A stretch of 48,047 nucleotides of DNA from a virus. Its lineage: Duplodnaviria > Caudoviricetes. How positions within the stretch are numbered: the stretch's first letter is position 1; each line of letters opens with the position of its first letter. The translations under genes were made by a program, and so were the position numbers. The notes beneath the pieces were generated by a model that saw only the letters and a list, made by a program, of their open reading frames with translations, did no database searches and was not told where the DNA came from. The stretch spans positions 1-48,047 of IMG/VR virus record IMGVR_UViG_3300036790_000104, one strand, 5' to 3'. Below, in pieces: positions 47,379-48,047 of this stretch.

Positions 47379-47466
47379 GCGCGGGGCAATAGCGATGCGA
47401 TGGGCAGATTCTTCTTGACAAGGGAGGGTAGAACCTTGCTTGTCATGGCTTTAGCTTTGAGCTATG

Positions 47467-47731
47467 AAAAAGCAGTCGGTCGTATGGGTCGGTCGGTCGG
47501 GCATAGGCTGAGCGGCGAAAAGGGCATTATATAGAGGGCAGGTGTAGAGTTATATATAGAGAGCTATGTGTGTGTGTGTATAGGGTAATATATATATAAC
47601 ACTCTACACACACACACGTGTATATATAACTTACTCTCTCTCTACGTATCCCTCTAAGCCTATGGCGATCTGCCCATTTGCGCTCCCGGCCCCCTGCCGA
47701 CCGACCGACTGGTACGACCGACCGGCTTTTT
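47467..47731. repeat. 265-bp imperfect inverted repeat (candidate origin/cruciform)
   Basis: AAAAAGCAGTCGGTCGTA.../...TACGACCGACCGGCTTTTT; core GTGTGTGTGTGTA...TACACACACACAC. Confidence 0.85.
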
Positions 47732-47795
47732 GCTTTCAAAAATGCGCATATGCGATTTCGATTTTAACGTAACTTAATCAAGCAATGAAATGAAA

Positions 47796-47820
47796 GTAAG
47801 TTTCACTTTGTGAATATTAC
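47796..47820 (-). promoter_or_regulatory. 25-bp palindromic site 11
   Basis: GTAAGTTTCACTTTGTGAATATTAC. Confidence 0.9.
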
Positions 47821-47877
47821 ATGCGAGCAGAGAGTATTTAGTGTGTATAAAGCGATTTATGCAGATTTTTGGCCGAT

Positions 47878-47921
47878 TGGCATAGCTTATGCTATATATA
47901 GCAATAGCAAGAATTGGGCCA
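47878..47921. promoter_or_regulatory. second face-to-face pair of sigma54-like boxes
   Basis: + TGGCATAGCTTATGCT (47878-47893); - TGGCCCAATTCTTGCT (47906-47921). Confidence 0.6.
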
Positions 47922-48047
47922 TTTAAAAATATAATTTCATGCTCTCTAAGCCATTGCAATGCAGCGCGATGCAGCGAAAAATAATTCTTGCGCATATGCT
48001 CAGGCCGCGCTATGCTTTCCCCATGCCGCTTTTATCGCATATGCGCT
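47921..48047. repeat. 127-bp terminal direct repeat (copy 2)
   Basis: identical to 1-127. Confidence 0.95.

Larger units (their letters stand above)
46064..47756. repeat. cluster of CGCATATGCG palindromes (46064, 46213, 46663, 47744; also 70 and 116 across the junction)
   Basis: GCGCATATGCG(A/C)T seen only around the divergent control region. Confidence 0.8.

Noticed and set aside
47467-47731. N15-like telRL site of a linear plasmid prophage
   Set aside because: No protelomerase or tyrosine-recombinase-like ORF, ParA or repressor recognisable
47742-47770. dif site for XerCD integration (TGCGCATA resembles the XerC arm)
   Set aside because: No TTATGTTAAAT-like XerD arm at the right spacing; the motif is better explained as the local palindrome family
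1275-47820. 25-bp repeats as a CRISPR array, with the Cas4-like gene as cas
   Set aside because: Copies are kilobases apart with no spacer structure; the nuclease sits in an ordinary exonuclease/Sak4/SSB recombination module
47921-48047. 127-bp repeat as a biological direct terminal repeat
   Set aside because: Length equals a standard assembler k-mer and the boundary cuts through a control region; it indicates circular completeness only

Overview
The window is an apparently complete, circularly assembled ~47.9-kb tailed-phage genome with podovirus-type gene content. Bases 1-127 are repeated at 47921-48047, which is probably a k=127 assembly overlap. The + strand arm (46744 through the junction to 18219) carries small early genes, a Cas4-like exonuclease, a Sak4-like ATPase and an SSB-like protein. 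It also carries a HExxE metalloprotein next to a PurD-like ATP-grasp ligase, a ParB fusion, a Lar-like protein, a Dam-like MTase, a split UDG/exonuclease + PolA polymerase and a DUF3987-like ATPase. The - strand arm (45979 to 18237) carries terS, terL, portal, scaffold, capsid, adaptor, fibre/lectin/beta-helix proteins, a small lysis-like cassette, a split nozzle and ejection proteins. No integrase, repressor, RNA polymerase, endolysin or ParA is recognisable. Five signals stand out. (1) Eleven dispersed copies of a 25-bp palindrome resembling parS half-sites with a 3-bp spacer, plus a ParB-HTH protein fused to an apparently dead methyltransferase fold that carries one site inside its own gene. 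(2) A 151-nt CCA-ended tRNA-like RNA with a second cloverleaf nested inside. (3) An ~80-bp periodic array of face-to-face sigma54-like -24/-12 boxes between the divergent arms. (4) Several Thr-Asn-rich, signal-peptide-bearing proteins in the virion module. (5) A 265-bp imperfect palindrome with (TG)n/(TA)n/(CA)n at its centre. All product calls come from motif recognition by eye, not from database searches.
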